A stretch of DNA of 64,000 nt from Limnochordaceae bacterium (GTDB lineage Bacteria > Bacillota > Limnochordia > Limnochordales > DUMU01), in contig JADBKQ010000006.1 in NCBI GenBank assembly GCA_014896305.1, forward strand, positions 78,850-142,849, given 5' to 3'. The first letter of the stretch is position 1. Each line of letters starts with the position of its first letter. Positions 47,066 through 57,342 of this stretch are shown piece after piece. Both the position numbers and the translations under genes were made by a program. The notes under the pieces were generated by a model, which ran no database searches, was not told the DNA's origin, and worked only from the letters and a program-made list of their open reading frames with translations.

Positions 47066-47758
47066 GTGCTTACCACGGACCTTGGCAAGAGCTACGAGGG
47101 GGGATCGGGATTGGAACTACTCCTTGTCCTGTTTTTGCTTCTGTTTGGGTTACCTGTGCTGTTTGTCCTGTTCTACGCCAACGTCGCTACGCTATCATTT
47201 GCCCGCCTGGGCTTGTCTCCGGAGGGGGCGTTCTGGCTGTTTGCGCTTTCCCTGGTGGGCGGTATGGTCAATATCCCAGTCTCACGACGCCAAATGTGGG
47301 TGCACCCGCGCCCAACACTTTGGGATTTCTTTTACTACTTCCCCCCTCGGGTTGAGCAGCAAGTGATTGCAGTGAACGTGGGCGGCTGCCTCATTCCCCT
47401 CGCGTTCAGCCTCGCCTTGTTGTTGCTGCAGCGTGCGCCGCTCTCCACGACTCTGATCGCCACAGTGATCGTCACCCTGGTCACCAACCGGATTGCCCGA
47501 CCCGTACCAGGGCGGGGAATCGTGATGCCGGCGTTCCTGCCCCCGCTGGTCACGCTGGCCACGGCTCTCCTCCTCGCCCCGCGTGGGGCGGCGGCGCCCG
47601 TCGCGTACGTTAGCGGTACGGTCGGGACTTTGATCGGGGCAGACCTGCTCCACCTACCGTCGCTGCGGCGGATGGGGCCGGGGGTACTGAGCATCGGCGG
47701 GGCCGGGGTATTCGACGGCATCTTCCTCGTCGGGATCGCCGCTGCCATTTTGGCGTAG
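47066..47758 (+). CDS. Polytopic membrane protein (DUF1614-like)
   Basis: Highly hydrophobic 230 aa with GGMVNIPV and VNVGGCLIPL motifs. The family assignment is from memory only. Confidence 0.5.
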   Translation: MLTTDLGKSYEGGSGLELLLVLFLLLFGLPVLFVLFYANVATLSFARLGLSPEGAFWLFALSLVGGMVNIPVSRRQMWVHPRPTLWDFFYYFPPRVEQQVIAVNVGGCLIPLAFSLALLLLQRAPLSTTLIATVIVTLVTNRIARPVPGRGIVMPAFLPPLVTLATALLLAPRGAAAPVAYVSGTVGTLIGADLLHLPSLRRMGPGVLSIGGAGVFDGIFLVGIAAAILA

Positions 47759-48012
47759 CCCGCGGTCAGCACGCTCGCAACACGTTCGGTGGGGCGAAGG
47801 CGGGGGAGGGGGACCGGTGACCTACCGCAGGGTCATCTTGTTGCTGAAAGCCGGTGAGAGCAGGCGGATCTCGGCAGCAGGGGTTGCATTTTCACAGCCC
47901 TCAACCGTATAATTATGCATCAGCTCGGGCGGCGAGGGGAGCGGCAGTGCAAGACGGGGTGCAAGAGCCATCGCAGTTGCCCGGGACATCGGGCGTACGA
48001 GGGGTGCAGGAC

Positions 48013-49368
48013 GTGGCACACGCACACACACACGGAGCGCAAAAGGTCAACAAGGTTGTACTGGCCTACTCAGGAGGGCTGGATACATCCATCATCATTC
48101 CCTGGTTGAAGGAAAACTACGGCGGCTGCCAGGTGATCGCCATGGTCGGGGATGTCGGCCAGGGCGACGACATGGCGGCGGTGAAGGCGAAGGCATTAGC
48201 CAGCGGGGCGGACGAGGTCTATGTCGAAGACTTGCGCACGCCGTTTCTGACCGACTACGTCTTTCCGATGCTGCGATCCGGGGCAGTGTACGAACGCAAA
48301 TACCTGCTCGGAACGTCCATCGCCCGTCCCATCATTGCTAAGCGCCAGGCGGAACTGGCGTTGCAGCTGGGGGCGGATGCGGTGGCCCACGGCTGCACGG
48401 GCAAGGGCAACGACCAGGTGCGGTTCGAACTCACCTACAAGGCCTTTGCGCCTCACCTGCGTGTCATTGCCCCGTGGCGGGAGTGGTCGCTTCGTTCACG
48501 GGAAGAGGAGATCGACTACGCTCAGGCACGGGGGATTCCGGTGCCGGTGACCAAGGCCAAACCGTACTCCATGGATCAAAACCTCTGGCACACGAGTTAC
48601 GAAGGTGGCGTGTTGGAGGATCCGTGGCAGACGCCGCCCGAAGATATGTTCACCCGGACGGTGGACCCGCGGAAGGCGCCGGATACGCCACTCGATGTTG
48701 AGATCCGGTTCGAGAACGGCTGCCCGGTGGCGGTGGATGGGGTGGCCTTGGCACCCGTGCCCCTTCTTGAGCGGTTGAACGACCTAGCCGGCGCGCACGG
48801 GGTGGGCCGGGTAGACATCGTGGAGAACCGGCTAGTGGGGATGAAGAGCCGGGGGGTGTACGAGACGCCGGGCGGGACGCTGTTGTACACTGCCTGGCGG
48901 GAGTTGGAGGAGCTTACGCTCGACCGGGAGTCGCTTCATTACAAGGACCTGGTGGCGCTCAAGTATGCAGAGCTGGTCTACTACGGCCAGTGGTGGACGC
49001 CGTTGCGGCAGGCGCTGGATGCGTTCATCAGCAGTTTGACGGGAACGATCAGCGGCACGGTGCGGCTGCGGCTGTTCAAGGGAAGCTGCACGGTGGTGGG
49101 GCGCAAGGCGGAGCATTCGCTCTACCAGCAGGATTTGGCTACGTTCGGCGCGGATGAGGTGTACCGGCAGGCGGACGCGGCTGGGTTTATCAATCTGTTT
49201 GGCCTGCCGTTGGCGGTACAGGCCCGGGTGTGGCAGGGGCAACCACCGCACCAGCAGCCACCGCAGCAACCAGCGGCGCAACCGTCACAGCCACAGCAAC
49301 CGGCCCAAGCCCAGGCGTCGGCGTTGGCACGAGCCACGGCAGCGGACGAGGTGGCAGCCTCGCATTGA
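48013..49368 (+). CDS. argG: Argininosuccinate synthase with Gln/Pro-rich C-terminal tail
   Basis: [53 protein letters not shown]. The GTG start was chosen 9 nt after GAGGGG. The ORF is open from 47854. Confidence 0.9.
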   Translation: MAHAHTHGAQKVNKVVLAYSGGLDTSIIIPWLKENYGGCQVIAMVGDVGQGDDMAAVKAKALASGADEVYVEDLRTPFLTDYVFPMLRSGAVYERKYLLGTSIARPIIAKRQAELALQLGADAVAHGCTGKGNDQVRFELTYKAFAPHLRVIAPWREWSLRSREEEIDYAQARGIPVPVTKAKPYSMDQNLWHTSYEGGVLEDPWQTPPEDMFTRTVDPRKAPDTPLDVEIRFENGCPVAVDGVALAPVPLLERLNDLAGAHGVGRVDIVENRLVGMKSRGVYETPGGTLLYTAWRELEELTLDRESLHYKDLVALKYAELVYYGQWWTPLRQALDAFISSLTGTISGTVRLRLFKGSCTVVGRKAEHSLYQQDLATFGADEVYRQADAAGFINLFGLPLAVQARVWQGQPPHQQPPQQPAAQPSQPQQPAQAQASALARATAADEVAASH

Positions 49369-49401
49369 GCGGAGGCCAGAAGACAGCAGGGAGTGGGATC
49401 G

Positions 49402-50973
49402 GTGAAGTTGTGGGGAGGGCGGTTCAGCCAGCAGACGGCGGCCACGTTGGCCCGCTTCCAGAACTCGCTTCCGTTTGACCAGCGCCTCTGGCGGCAGGAC
49501 ATCGCCGGGAGTTTGGCCCACGCCCGGATGCTGGGGCGGCAGGGGATCATTCCTGCGTCGGAGGCGGAACAGATCTGCCGCGGGCTCGAGGAGATCCGGG
49601 CCGACCTGGAGGCGGGGCGGCTGGCTTTCCCCGAGGATGTGACGGCGGCGGAAGACGTTCACACGGTCATCGAGGGGTGGCTGGTGCAACGGATCGGCGA
49701 GGCGGGCAAGCGGCTACACACGGCCCGCAGCCGCAACGACCAGGTTGCGACGGATCTGCGCCTCTTCCTGCGGGAGGCGCTGGTAGGGCGAAAGGCGGTA
49801 GGGCCAGGGGTAAAGCAAGGGGTCGGTCAAGGGAGCGCGCAGAAGGTCGGGCTCAGGGCTGGGCAGGAGGCGGCCGGTGCGACGGGTGTGACCGGCGACG
49901 GACGGCCGGGCGGCAATGGGGGCGATGTTCAACAGGGCTCGGTCGACGATGACATCGCCAGCTTGCAGCGTGTTCTCGTTGAACTGGCTGAGCGAGACGG
50001 TGAACTGATCCTGCCCGGATACACCCACCTGCAACGAGCGCAGCCGATCCTGCTGGGCCATCACCTGCTCGCCTACTTCTGGATGCTGCAGCGCGATCGG
50101 GGGCGGCTGGCGGACTGCGTGCGGCGGTTCAACGTGTCACCGTTGGGAAGCGGCGCGCTGGCGGGCGTGCCGTACCCGATCGATCGGGAGGGCATCGCCC
50201 GGGAGCTGGGTTTTGAACGGGTGAGCGAGAACAGCCTGGACGCGGTAGCCGACCGGGATTTCGTGGTCGAGGCGCTGGCGGCGCTGGCCATCGTGATGGT
50301 TCACCTGAGCCGCCTGGCCGAGGAGATCGTCTTGTGGGCCAGCGCCGAGTTCGGGTTTATCGAGTTGGCGGACGCTTATGCCACCGGGTCGAGCATCATG
50401 CCGCAGAAAAAGAACCCGGACGGGGCGGAACTGGTGCGGGGCAAGAGTGGGCGGGTTTTCGGCGATCTCATGGCGTTGCTGACGGTTTGCAAGGGCCTGC
50501 CGCTGGCGTACAACAAGGACCTGCAAGAGGACAAAGAGGCGCTGTTCGACGCGCTGGACACGGTGCGAGGAAGTCTGCAGCTGCTCGCTCCCATGCTGGC
50601 TACTGCCCGCTTTCAGGGTGAACGGATGGCTGCTGCCGCCCAGGACGGCTTCCTCAACGCCACCGATCTGGCGGACTATTTGGTGCGGCGGGGTGTGCCG
50701 TTCCGGCAGGCGCACGCCATGGTGGGGCGGGCGGTCCGCTGGTGCATCGACAAAGGCTGCCGGCTGGAGGAACTGACCCTGGACGAGATGAGGACGGCGA
50801 TGCGAGGCGGTCAGGGTCTACCTGCCGCTGTGCCCATCGCCGAGGATGTCTACCAGGCCCTTGACTTGCGTCAGGTTGTTGCTGCTCGCCAGAGTCCAGG
50901 GGGTACAGGGTACAGTGCTTTGGCACAGGAACTGGAGGCGGCTCGTCGCCTGTTGGCCGTGGTTCGCGAGTAG
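49402..50973 (+). CDS. argH: Argininosuccinate lyase with a roughly 55-aa Gly-rich insertion
   Basis: GGGAG lies 8 nt upstream of the GTG at 49402, giving VKLWGGRF. Motifs: [38 protein letters not shown]. The insertion maps to about 49783-49953. Confidence 0.9.
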   Translation: MKLWGGRFSQQTAATLARFQNSLPFDQRLWRQDIAGSLAHARMLGRQGIIPASEAEQICRGLEEIRADLEAGRLAFPEDVTAAEDVHTVIEGWLVQRIGEAGKRLHTARSRNDQVATDLRLFLREALVGRKAVGPGVKQGVGQGSAQKVGLRAGQEAAGATGVTGDGRPGGNGGDVQQGSVDDDIASLQRVLVELAERDGELILPGYTHLQRAQPILLGHHLLAYFWMLQRDRGRLADCVRRFNVSPLGSGALAGVPYPIDREGIARELGFERVSENSLDAVADRDFVVEALAALAIVMVHLSRLAEEIVLWASAEFGFIELADAYATGSSIMPQKKNPDGAELVRGKSGRVFGDLMALLTVCKGLPLAYNKDLQEDKEALFDALDTVRGSLQLLAPMLATARFQGERMAAAAQDGFLNATDLADYLVRRGVPFRQAHAMVGRAVRWCIDKGCRLEELTLDEMRTAMRGGQGLPAAVPIAEDVYQALDLRQVVAARQSPGGTGYSALAQELEAARRLLAVVRE

Positions 50974-51116
50974 AACCGGTTATACGCTGCTTTCCTCGGG
51001 TTGGTCACCCAACCCCAACCCCGCGGGGCTCGCACCCTGGCTCGTACCCTCCTCTTCCATGACGTCCGGGCGGCAATCCTCTTGCGGATTGACGGGGTTC
51101 TGAACCCAATTTTCAT
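50871..51116 (-). CDS. Possible small basic protein (conserved-hypothetical type), convergently overlapping the argH 3' end
   Basis: The N-terminal 50 aa, [52 protein letters not shown], resemble a recurrent small basic bacterial or phage hypothetical family (recalled from memory). The remainder overlaps argH. Confidence 0.35.
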   Translation of the reverse strand: MKIGFRTPSIRKRIAARTSWKRRVRARVRAPRGWGWVTNPRKAAYNRFYSRTTANRRRAASSSCAKALYPVPPGLWRAATT

Positions 51117-51184
51117 CTATTAGTATCTCCTACGGATGTGCCACGTCCTGGGTCTCCGTACCATACGGTAAAAGGGATTAGGTA

Positions 51185-51277
51185 CGAGGTCAAGCCCATC
51201 TCGGTAAGAGCTGGATTACTGATCCCCCTCCGCATCCCGCACGCTAAGTGCGAGGTCAAGCCCGTCTCGGCAAGAGC
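51185..51277. repeat. Direct repeat pair, 66-nt period (cgaggtcaagcccRtctcggYaagagc)
   Basis: Copies start at 51185 and 51251. Confidence 0.6.
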
Positions 51278-51366
51278 CGCTGCCGTCATCTCGGTCAACA
51301 GGGGCGCGATGACCGCGAAGGGAGCCAGGGCGCGGCCCAGAGGTAGGTAGCAGCGCCCTGTGAGGC

Positions 51367-51635
51367 AAAGTGGGGCGCCGGTGTCCCAAGCTAGGGGCGA
51401 AAAGTGGAGCGAGAGTGGGCCAGGTTTCAAGGCGAGAGTGGGGCGCCGGTGCCCCTGCGCTGGGGCCACGGCGGCGGGTGAGGGTGAAACCGCAGCGTGC
51501 AAGGGTCGGATCGCGGGAGGGATAGGGCGAAAAGTGGCAAGCGGGGGCTGTGATTGGGGCAAAGGCGGGGACTGAGCGCAAAAGTGGAGCACGGGTGCCC
51601 CGCGTCTGGCGGTGAACGTGGGGTGCCGGTGCCCC
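51367..51635. repeat. Cluster of six REP-like about 21-nt motifs (AAAGTGGGGCGCCGGTGCCCC-like, GC palindrome core)
   Basis: Copies start at 51367, 51401, 51435, 51531, 51581 and 51615. Three adjacent spacings are 34 nt. Confidence 0.65.
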
Positions 51636-51860
51636 AGGTTGCGGTGCGCGAGAGGGCGACCAGGGCGTGTAAATGACTATGCCGGGGCTGGCGACGATAG
51701 CGATGCCGTTGCCACAAGAAGAGTGGCCCATCGGGCGATGATGGAGGACGGGGGGACGTCACCGTTGGTGATTCACCTCCAGCCCAAGCTACAGGTCCGC
51801 GCTTCGAGCGGCCCCGTACCCGGTGGCGGGCCGAGAGATTGAGAAAGGAAGAGCGAGGCC

Positions 51861-52316
51861 GTGCGGATGGTGGTTCAACGAGTCACCCAGGCGAAGGTGG
51901 AAGTCGGCGGACTGGTAGTGGGATCGATTGGACAGGGACTCTGCGTCTTTTTGGGGGTGGGGGCCGGCGATACAGAGGCGGATGCGGGCTACCTGGCCCA
52001 AAAGCTGGTGGGGCTGCGCATTTTCGCCGATGAGGCGGGGCGCTTTGACCGCAGCATCCGCGACGCAAAAGGAGAGGTGCTGGTGGTGTCGCAGTTCACC
52101 CTGTACGGCGATGTACGGCACGGACGGCGACCCAGTTTCAGCGAAGCAGCGCCGCCCGCACAGGCTCGGGAGCTGTACGAGCGTTTCGTGGAGGAAGTGC
52201 GGGCGCAGGGGGTTCCAGTGCAGACGGGCGAGTTCGGTGCACACATGACCGTATCCCTGGTCAACGACGGGCCGGTGACGATCCTGGCAGAAAGCGTGCC
52301 GACGAAGAGTTCGTGA
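51861..52316 (+). CDS. dtd: D-aminoacyl-tRNA deacylase
   Basis: [49 protein letters not shown]. The start is the GTG at 51861 or the ATG at 51867. Confidence 0.9.
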   Translation: MRMVVQRVTQAKVEVGGLVVGSIGQGLCVFLGVGAGDTEADAGYLAQKLVGLRIFADEAGRFDRSIRDAKGEVLVVSQFTLYGDVRHGRRPSFSEAAPPAQARELYERFVEEVRAQGVPVQTGEFGAHMTVSLVNDGPVTILAESVPTKSS

Positions 52317-52510
52317 CGTGAGATGGGGTGGTGCAGAGAGGTAGAGATATGATGGGATGTTGATGTAGAGGTGATGTAGAGATGTAGAATGGGGCGGAAT
52401 AGAGCGGAACTCCGGGACGTCTGGCACGTGGTGGGGAGGAAGGCGGTCGCGTGGCGGAAGGGCGGGCGAAGGAGCAAGCGACAGGGCAGGGGCTGCCACC
52501 CAGTCAGGGG

Positions 52511-53990
52511 ATGGAGCAAAGATTGGAGCGGGGCGAAGCTCCAGGGGTGCAAGAAAGGTCACGCCAGGAAACGGTTCAACAGTCGGACACGCATACCGGC
52601 AGCGGAGTCTCCCGCCGGCAAGCGATCCGCTTCATTGTGCTACTCGGCTTCGTCAGCCTGTTCTCCGACATGGTGTATGAGGGGGCACGCAGTTCGACTG
52701 GACCGTTTCTGCTCTCGTTGGGAGCGAGCGCAGGTGTGGTTGGCCTGGTCTCCGGCGCTGGCGAGCTCCTGGGCTACGCACTTCGCCTTGTCTCCGGGGA
52801 GGTGGCAGACCGTTCCCGCCGGTACTGGCTCCTCACGGGCCTGGGATATGCCATCAACCTGCTGTCCGTACCGTTTCTGGCGCTAACAGGGCGCTGGCAG
52901 TGGGCGGCTCTTGGTCTTGCTGGAACGGACCGGCAAGGGCATCCGCACGCCTTCGCGCGACGTCCTGTTGTCCTATGCCACACAGACGGTGGGTCGTGGG
53001 TATGGCTTCGGCTTGCACGAGGCCCTGGATCAGATCGGCGCGATTGCAGGGCCATTAGTGGTGGCCTCAGCCGCCTTTGCCGGAGAGGGATACCGCACGG
53101 GTTTTGCCTGGCTGGCCGTCCCCGCGGTTGTGGCCCTGGCGGTGCTGGCTGGGGCAAGAATCTTCTACCCTGCCCCGCAGGCGTTGGAGAGTGAACAGAG
53201 CGACGGCGGCCAGCAGGCGCCGGCGTCGTCGCAGACCCAGCGCCGCCGTCCAGCTTCTGCCACGGCGGGTACGCTCGCTTCGGGAACTGCGGCTCCGTCC
53301 GATTTCGCCTCGGCAGCAAGTTCCGGCACCACCACTGCAGGTGTTTCTGATTCCGCCAATAATACAGGTACAGCCAATACAGGTACAGACGAACCGGGCC
53401 AGGCTTCGGCCGAGCCCGTGCGGTTTGGGCGGGCTCTTTGGCTGTACATTGCCTTCTCCAGCTTGGCGGTGCTGGGCTTTGCCAACTTCCAGCTCTTGTC
53501 CTACCACTTCAAAGCGGCCCATCTGATGGCGGACGCCTGGATCCCCGTGGCCTTTGCTGTTGCCATGGCGGTGGATGCGGCGGCCGCGCTGGTGGTGGGA
53601 AAGCTTTACGACCGGGTCGGTCTCCGGGTGCTTCTCGCACTCCCCTTGGGGACATTGCTCGCCGTCCTCTTGGTGTTTAGTTTCCGCCCGCTCCTGGCCT
53701 GGGCCGGAGTGCTAGTTTGGGGCATCGTCATGGGGGTGCAGGAGACCATCATGCGGGCAGCGATCGCCGATCTTTCGCCCCTGGCCATACGAGGGCGGGC
53801 CTACGGGGTGTTTAACACGGCTTTCGGAGTTGCCTGGTTTGCTGGTAGCGCCATCATGGGCGCTCTGTACGATATATCCGTCGTGGGCGTGGTCGCCTTT
53901 GCCACGGCTGCTCAACTGTTGGCGTTGCCGATCTTTGTTATACTGCGCCGGCAGGTTGGCCGCCCGGCCTCAGACCGAGGAGCTGTTTGA
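52511..53990 (+). pseudogene. MFS transporter interrupted by a +1 frameshift near 52910 (or a sequencing error)
   Basis: Frame A carries ...FLALTGRWQWAA up to 52909. The continuation (L)VLLERTGKGIRTPSRDVLLS... is in the frame starting at 52911. Together they make a normal 12-TM MFS with a long low-complexity central loop. Confidence 0.7.
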
Positions 53991-54217
53991 GCCGGGCTTT
54001 AATGGTCGCAAGGAGAGTGGTAACGCCCAGAGAGGGCAGTGCCAACGCCCAGAGCAGAGTGCGCAGAGCCAATGCGGGGCCAGCGCAGAGTAAGTGCAGA
54101 GACCACGCAGAGCCAATGCAGGGACCACGCCGAGCCAGTGCAGGGACAAAACAAGCACGAAGCCGAGACGGTAAAAGAAAGCCAGGAAAGACAGGAAAGA
54201 GTGGAGGCCACCGGAAC

Positions 54218-55120
54218 ATGCAGGACCGACAAGGCCAAGGAGAAAGACAAGGTCAAGGAGAAGGACGAGGCCGAGGAGAAGGACAAGGACATCCAGGACT
54301 GCAGAATCCCCAGCGGCCGACCGAGCAGCGAGAGCCGACGAGCTCTTCCCAACCCGTGGTGAACCGTCAGGCCATCGTGGACGGTCTACGGGCCCTAGGC
54401 GTTCGGGAAGGCGACCGGATCCTGGTCCACTCGTCCCTCAGTCGCTTTGGATACGTCGAGGGGGGCGCGCCCACCGTCATTCAGGCGCTGCTGAAGGCGG
54501 TAGGGGACAGTGGAACAGTGCTGGTGCCGACGCTCACGGGCAAGCCCACCGACGGACCCGAGCACCCGCCGGAGTTTGATGTGCTCCGAACGCCCTGCTG
54601 GACGGGGCGGATTCCGGAGACCTTCCGCCAATGGCCGGGAGCGGTTCGAAGCCTCCATCCCACCCACTCCGTGGCCGCCCTGGGGGCGGATGCTGTCCGC
54701 CTGACAACCGGCCATGAGGATTGCCGCCTGCCTTGCGGAGAGGGTTCACCCTGGGTGAACCTGGCTCGTCTGGGCGGAAAGCTGATCTTCTTTGGCGTTA
54801 CGCTGGACTGCAACACCACGTTCCACGCAGCCGAGGAACTGGCAGGCGTTGCCTACCATCTCCAGCCGCAGCCGACCCGCTGCCGGCTGACGGACGCCGA
54901 GGGGCACACGCTGGAACGGGAGTACGTCCTGCACCAGTGGGGGACCCCCCGTCGCTTTGCGGCGATGACGCCCGTGTTAGAGAGGGAGGGGATGCTGCGG
55001 CAGGGGCAGATCGGCGCCGCCACGGTCCTCGTTGTGGATGACGGGCCGATGTTAGAGTTCACGGTGAACTTACTTCGCCGTGACCCCTGGGCGTTGGCCT
55101 GCAAACCAACCTCTCCTTAA
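54218..55120 (+). CDS. AAC(3)-family aminoglycoside N3-acetyltransferase-like protein
   Basis: LGVREGDRILVHSSLSRFGYVEGG, TVLVPTLTG, SLHPTHSVAALG, GEGSPW, FFGVTLDCNTTFHAAEE. The ORF is open from 53987 with a basic, Gly-rich repeat extension, so the start is uncertain. Confidence 0.75.
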   Translation: MQDRQGQGERQGQGEGRGRGEGQGHPGLQNPQRPTEQREPTSSSQPVVNRQAIVDGLRALGVREGDRILVHSSLSRFGYVEGGAPTVIQALLKAVGDSGTVLVPTLTGKPTDGPEHPPEFDVLRTPCWTGRIPETFRQWPGAVRSLHPTHSVAALGADAVRLTTGHEDCRLPCGEGSPWVNLARLGGKLIFFGVTLDCNTTFHAAEELAGVAYHLQPQPTRCRLTDAEGHTLEREYVLHQWGTPRRFAAMTPVLEREGMLRQGQIGAATVLVVDDGPMLEFTVNLLRRDPWALACKPTSP

Positions 55121-56148
55121 GCTTGCTGGACTCCCAATGTCTCCTGCAACCAGGCCACGGCGTCGCGCATGACCCGGCGGTCGTTATAGAGGAAGTGGCC
55201 TGCTTCGGGGTAGGTGATCCGCTGGGCGGGTTTTGCGGCTACCAGTGCGGCCGATTCTTCGGGCGGAATGGCCCGGTCGTCCTCGCCGTGCAGGATCAAG
55301 ACGGGGATATGCACCTGCGGCAGGACTGCTGCCGGGTCAAAGCGGCTGTTTTGCAGGAAGCGGGCCAGGTTGATCACCGTCTTCTGGTTGCCCACTTCCA
55401 CCGTCGTCGTCTGCTCGCCCCGAGCCACCTGCTGGGCGACGCTGTCCATCTGCCGCTGCCACTGACTGAGGCGAATCTGCACTACTCGTTCCGACAAGCC
55501 CCGGCTGGCCGCCAACCGCCGGATCTCCCGGGTAAACCGCTCTTGTGCCGTGTAAAACGGCGGTGCCATCAGCACCAGGGCGTGCACCTTGCCTGCTGCT
55601 GCCAACTGCAGGGCGAAACCACAGCCTTCGTCCCAGGCGATGGCGGCCAGGGCATGCTGGTTCACTTCCGGCTGGGCAGCCAACATGTCGACGGTCGCCT
55701 CAGCGTCATGGTACAGGGCGTCGCGATCGGCATCGAAATAGTGGCCTGTGCTCTGTCCACTCCCCCGCTGATCGTAGCAGAGCGCGACAAGGCCAGCCTC
55801 GGCTAGCTCCTGCGCCCACAACAACGGCCATTGCTTGCCGCCCGTTGCATTCGAGCGGCTCAAAGGACCAGGCCCTGGCCCCCCGATGATCGCGGCTCCG
55901 GGCTGGGGTTCGGCAGTGCTGGCTGTGTCCGGCAAAAACAAGCTCGCGGCCAGAACGTAGCCCGCCGCACTCTCGCTCGTGGGGGAGGCCAGGGTGTGAT
56001 CCACGCCCACAGCACCAGCCGTCTGTTTCTCAGCACTGCCGGCACTGCCGCCATTGCCAACACCGCCGACGCTGTTGCCGACATGGCTGGCCGCTGCCTC
56101 TGGAGAGATGGGGATGGCAATCGAGTGAACCCGCACGCTATGACTCAT
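55117..56148 (-). CDS. Alpha/beta hydrolase family protein
   Basis: LCYDQRGSGQSTG, PVLILHGEDDRAIPPEES, EAGHFLY. The N-terminal 100 aa are low complexity. Confidence 0.7.
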   Translation of the reverse strand: MSHSVRVHSIAIPISPEAAASHVGNSVGGVGNGGSAGSAEKQTAGAVGVDHTLASPTSESAAGYVLAASLFLPDTASTAEPQPGAAIIGGPGPGPLSRSNATGGKQWPLLWAQELAEAGLVALCYDQRGSGQSTGHYFDADRDALYHDAEATVDMLAAQPEVNQHALAAIAWDEGCGFALQLAAAGKVHALVLMAPPFYTAQERFTREIRRLAASRGLSERVVQIRLSQWQRQMDSVAQQVARGEQTTTVEVGNQKTVINLARFLQNSRFDPAAVLPQVHIPVLILHGEDDRAIPPEESAALVAAKPAQRITYPEAGHFLYNDRRVMRDAVAWLQETLGVQQA

Positions 56149-56494
56149 CGAACTACTCCTTGCCTTGGCGTCTGAGCTTCGCTTCCGAAAGTCCGCAAGA
56201 CGGAGTCGACCATCCTGTGAAAGCGAGGTGAATCACCCTGGCGACGCGAGGTCAACTCTCCTGCCACCTCCTGCAAAGGCGGGCCCGGCCATCCTTTCGA
56301 AAAGAAAGACCGATCATCAGTATACCAAAGGGGGACGGTGGTCCGCACACCCGCGCCTGTCCCCAGGAGTGCACCGCTGCGCCAGGAAGTACTAAGCGCC
56401 GTGCGGTCCGGCTGAGCGGCGGCGGCGCGGCTGGGCGCTTGTGGGGGGCAACACGGGACTCGCAGGGCCGACGGTTGACCCCCTCGAATCCGGG

Positions 56495-56884
56495 TCAGCG
56501 GAGTACCCGCAGGCTGATGCCAAGGCTCAAGTTCGCCCAAGCGTGGTCGGTGGTTAGCGCGGTCGCCCCGGTTTGTTGGGCTAGTGCCAGACAGGCACGA
56601 TCTCCGAGCGATAGCCCTGCAGTGTGTGTCGCTTGCCGGAGCATGCCCGCACGGTAAGCCAACTCCTCACCGAAAGCGACAATCGTGAAGGGTAGTGCTT
56701 CGAGCACCTGGCGGATGGCTTGTTCAGGCATCCCCGCATCACTAAGCTTAGCTACCACCTCAGAGACGTTGACTGCCGTTACTAGGGCCCCTTCACCAAG
56801 GACCTGTTCTACCTGGCCGCTGCCAGGTTCGTGGTTGAGGAGCGCCAGAAGGGCCGAAGCGTCTAGCACCCATCTACTACTCAT
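56495..56884 (-). CDS. vapC: PIN-domain ribonuclease toxin VapC
   Basis: WVLDASALLALL (first acidic PIN residue), NVSEVVAKL, LSLGDRACLALA, LTTDHAW. Its start overlaps the antitoxin stop by 8 nt. Confidence 0.85.
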   Translation of the reverse strand: MSSRWVLDASALLALLNHEPGSGQVEQVLGEGALVTAVNVSEVVAKLSDAGMPEQAIRQVLEALPFTIVAFGEELAYRAGMLRQATHTAGLSLGDRACLALAQQTGATALTTDHAWANLSLGISLRVLR

Positions 56885-57125
56885 CGACGGTCTCCTGGTG
56901 GCGCTCGCGCACCAGTTCATCAGCTAGCGATCGATCGGACTTCACGTACTGGCGCACGATACCTTGTGCGTAATGCACAGCCTGGCGTAGGGTGAATACT
57001 TGCAGGCGGTCACCGTCCAACTGCACTACCACCTGGTCTCCTGCCCGCAGGCCCAGCACTTTGCGGTAATCAGCGGGAATAACCAGTCGGCCCGCTTTGC
57101 CGAGCTTCACTTGCATGACTCTCAT
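56877..57125 (-). CDS. vapB: AbrB/SpoVT/MazE-fold antitoxin VapB
   Basis: GGAGG lies 7 nt upstream of the ATG at 57125. Core: MQVKLGKAGRLVIPADYRKVLGLRAGDQVVV. Confidence 0.8.
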   Translation of the reverse strand: MRVMQVKLGKAGRLVIPADYRKVLGLRAGDQVVVQLDGDRLQVFTLRQAVHYAQGIVRQYVKSDRSLADELVRERHQETVDE

Positions 57126-57342
57126 ATGACTTCCTCCAGGATGAAGGACACAACGAGCCAAGCTGTCAACGGGGCAGATTCACGTCAAGCCGCTATAAGT
57201 ATACCATGACGCGCATTGTATGTCATGAATGTCCGTGGCAGCGCACCCTTCGGCAGTGGTGTCCGTTTTCATTCCGGCGACTTGGAAAACGCCAGGAAAA
57301 CGGTAGAATAGGGGATGAAGTTGGCGGGAAAGGACGAGTGTG

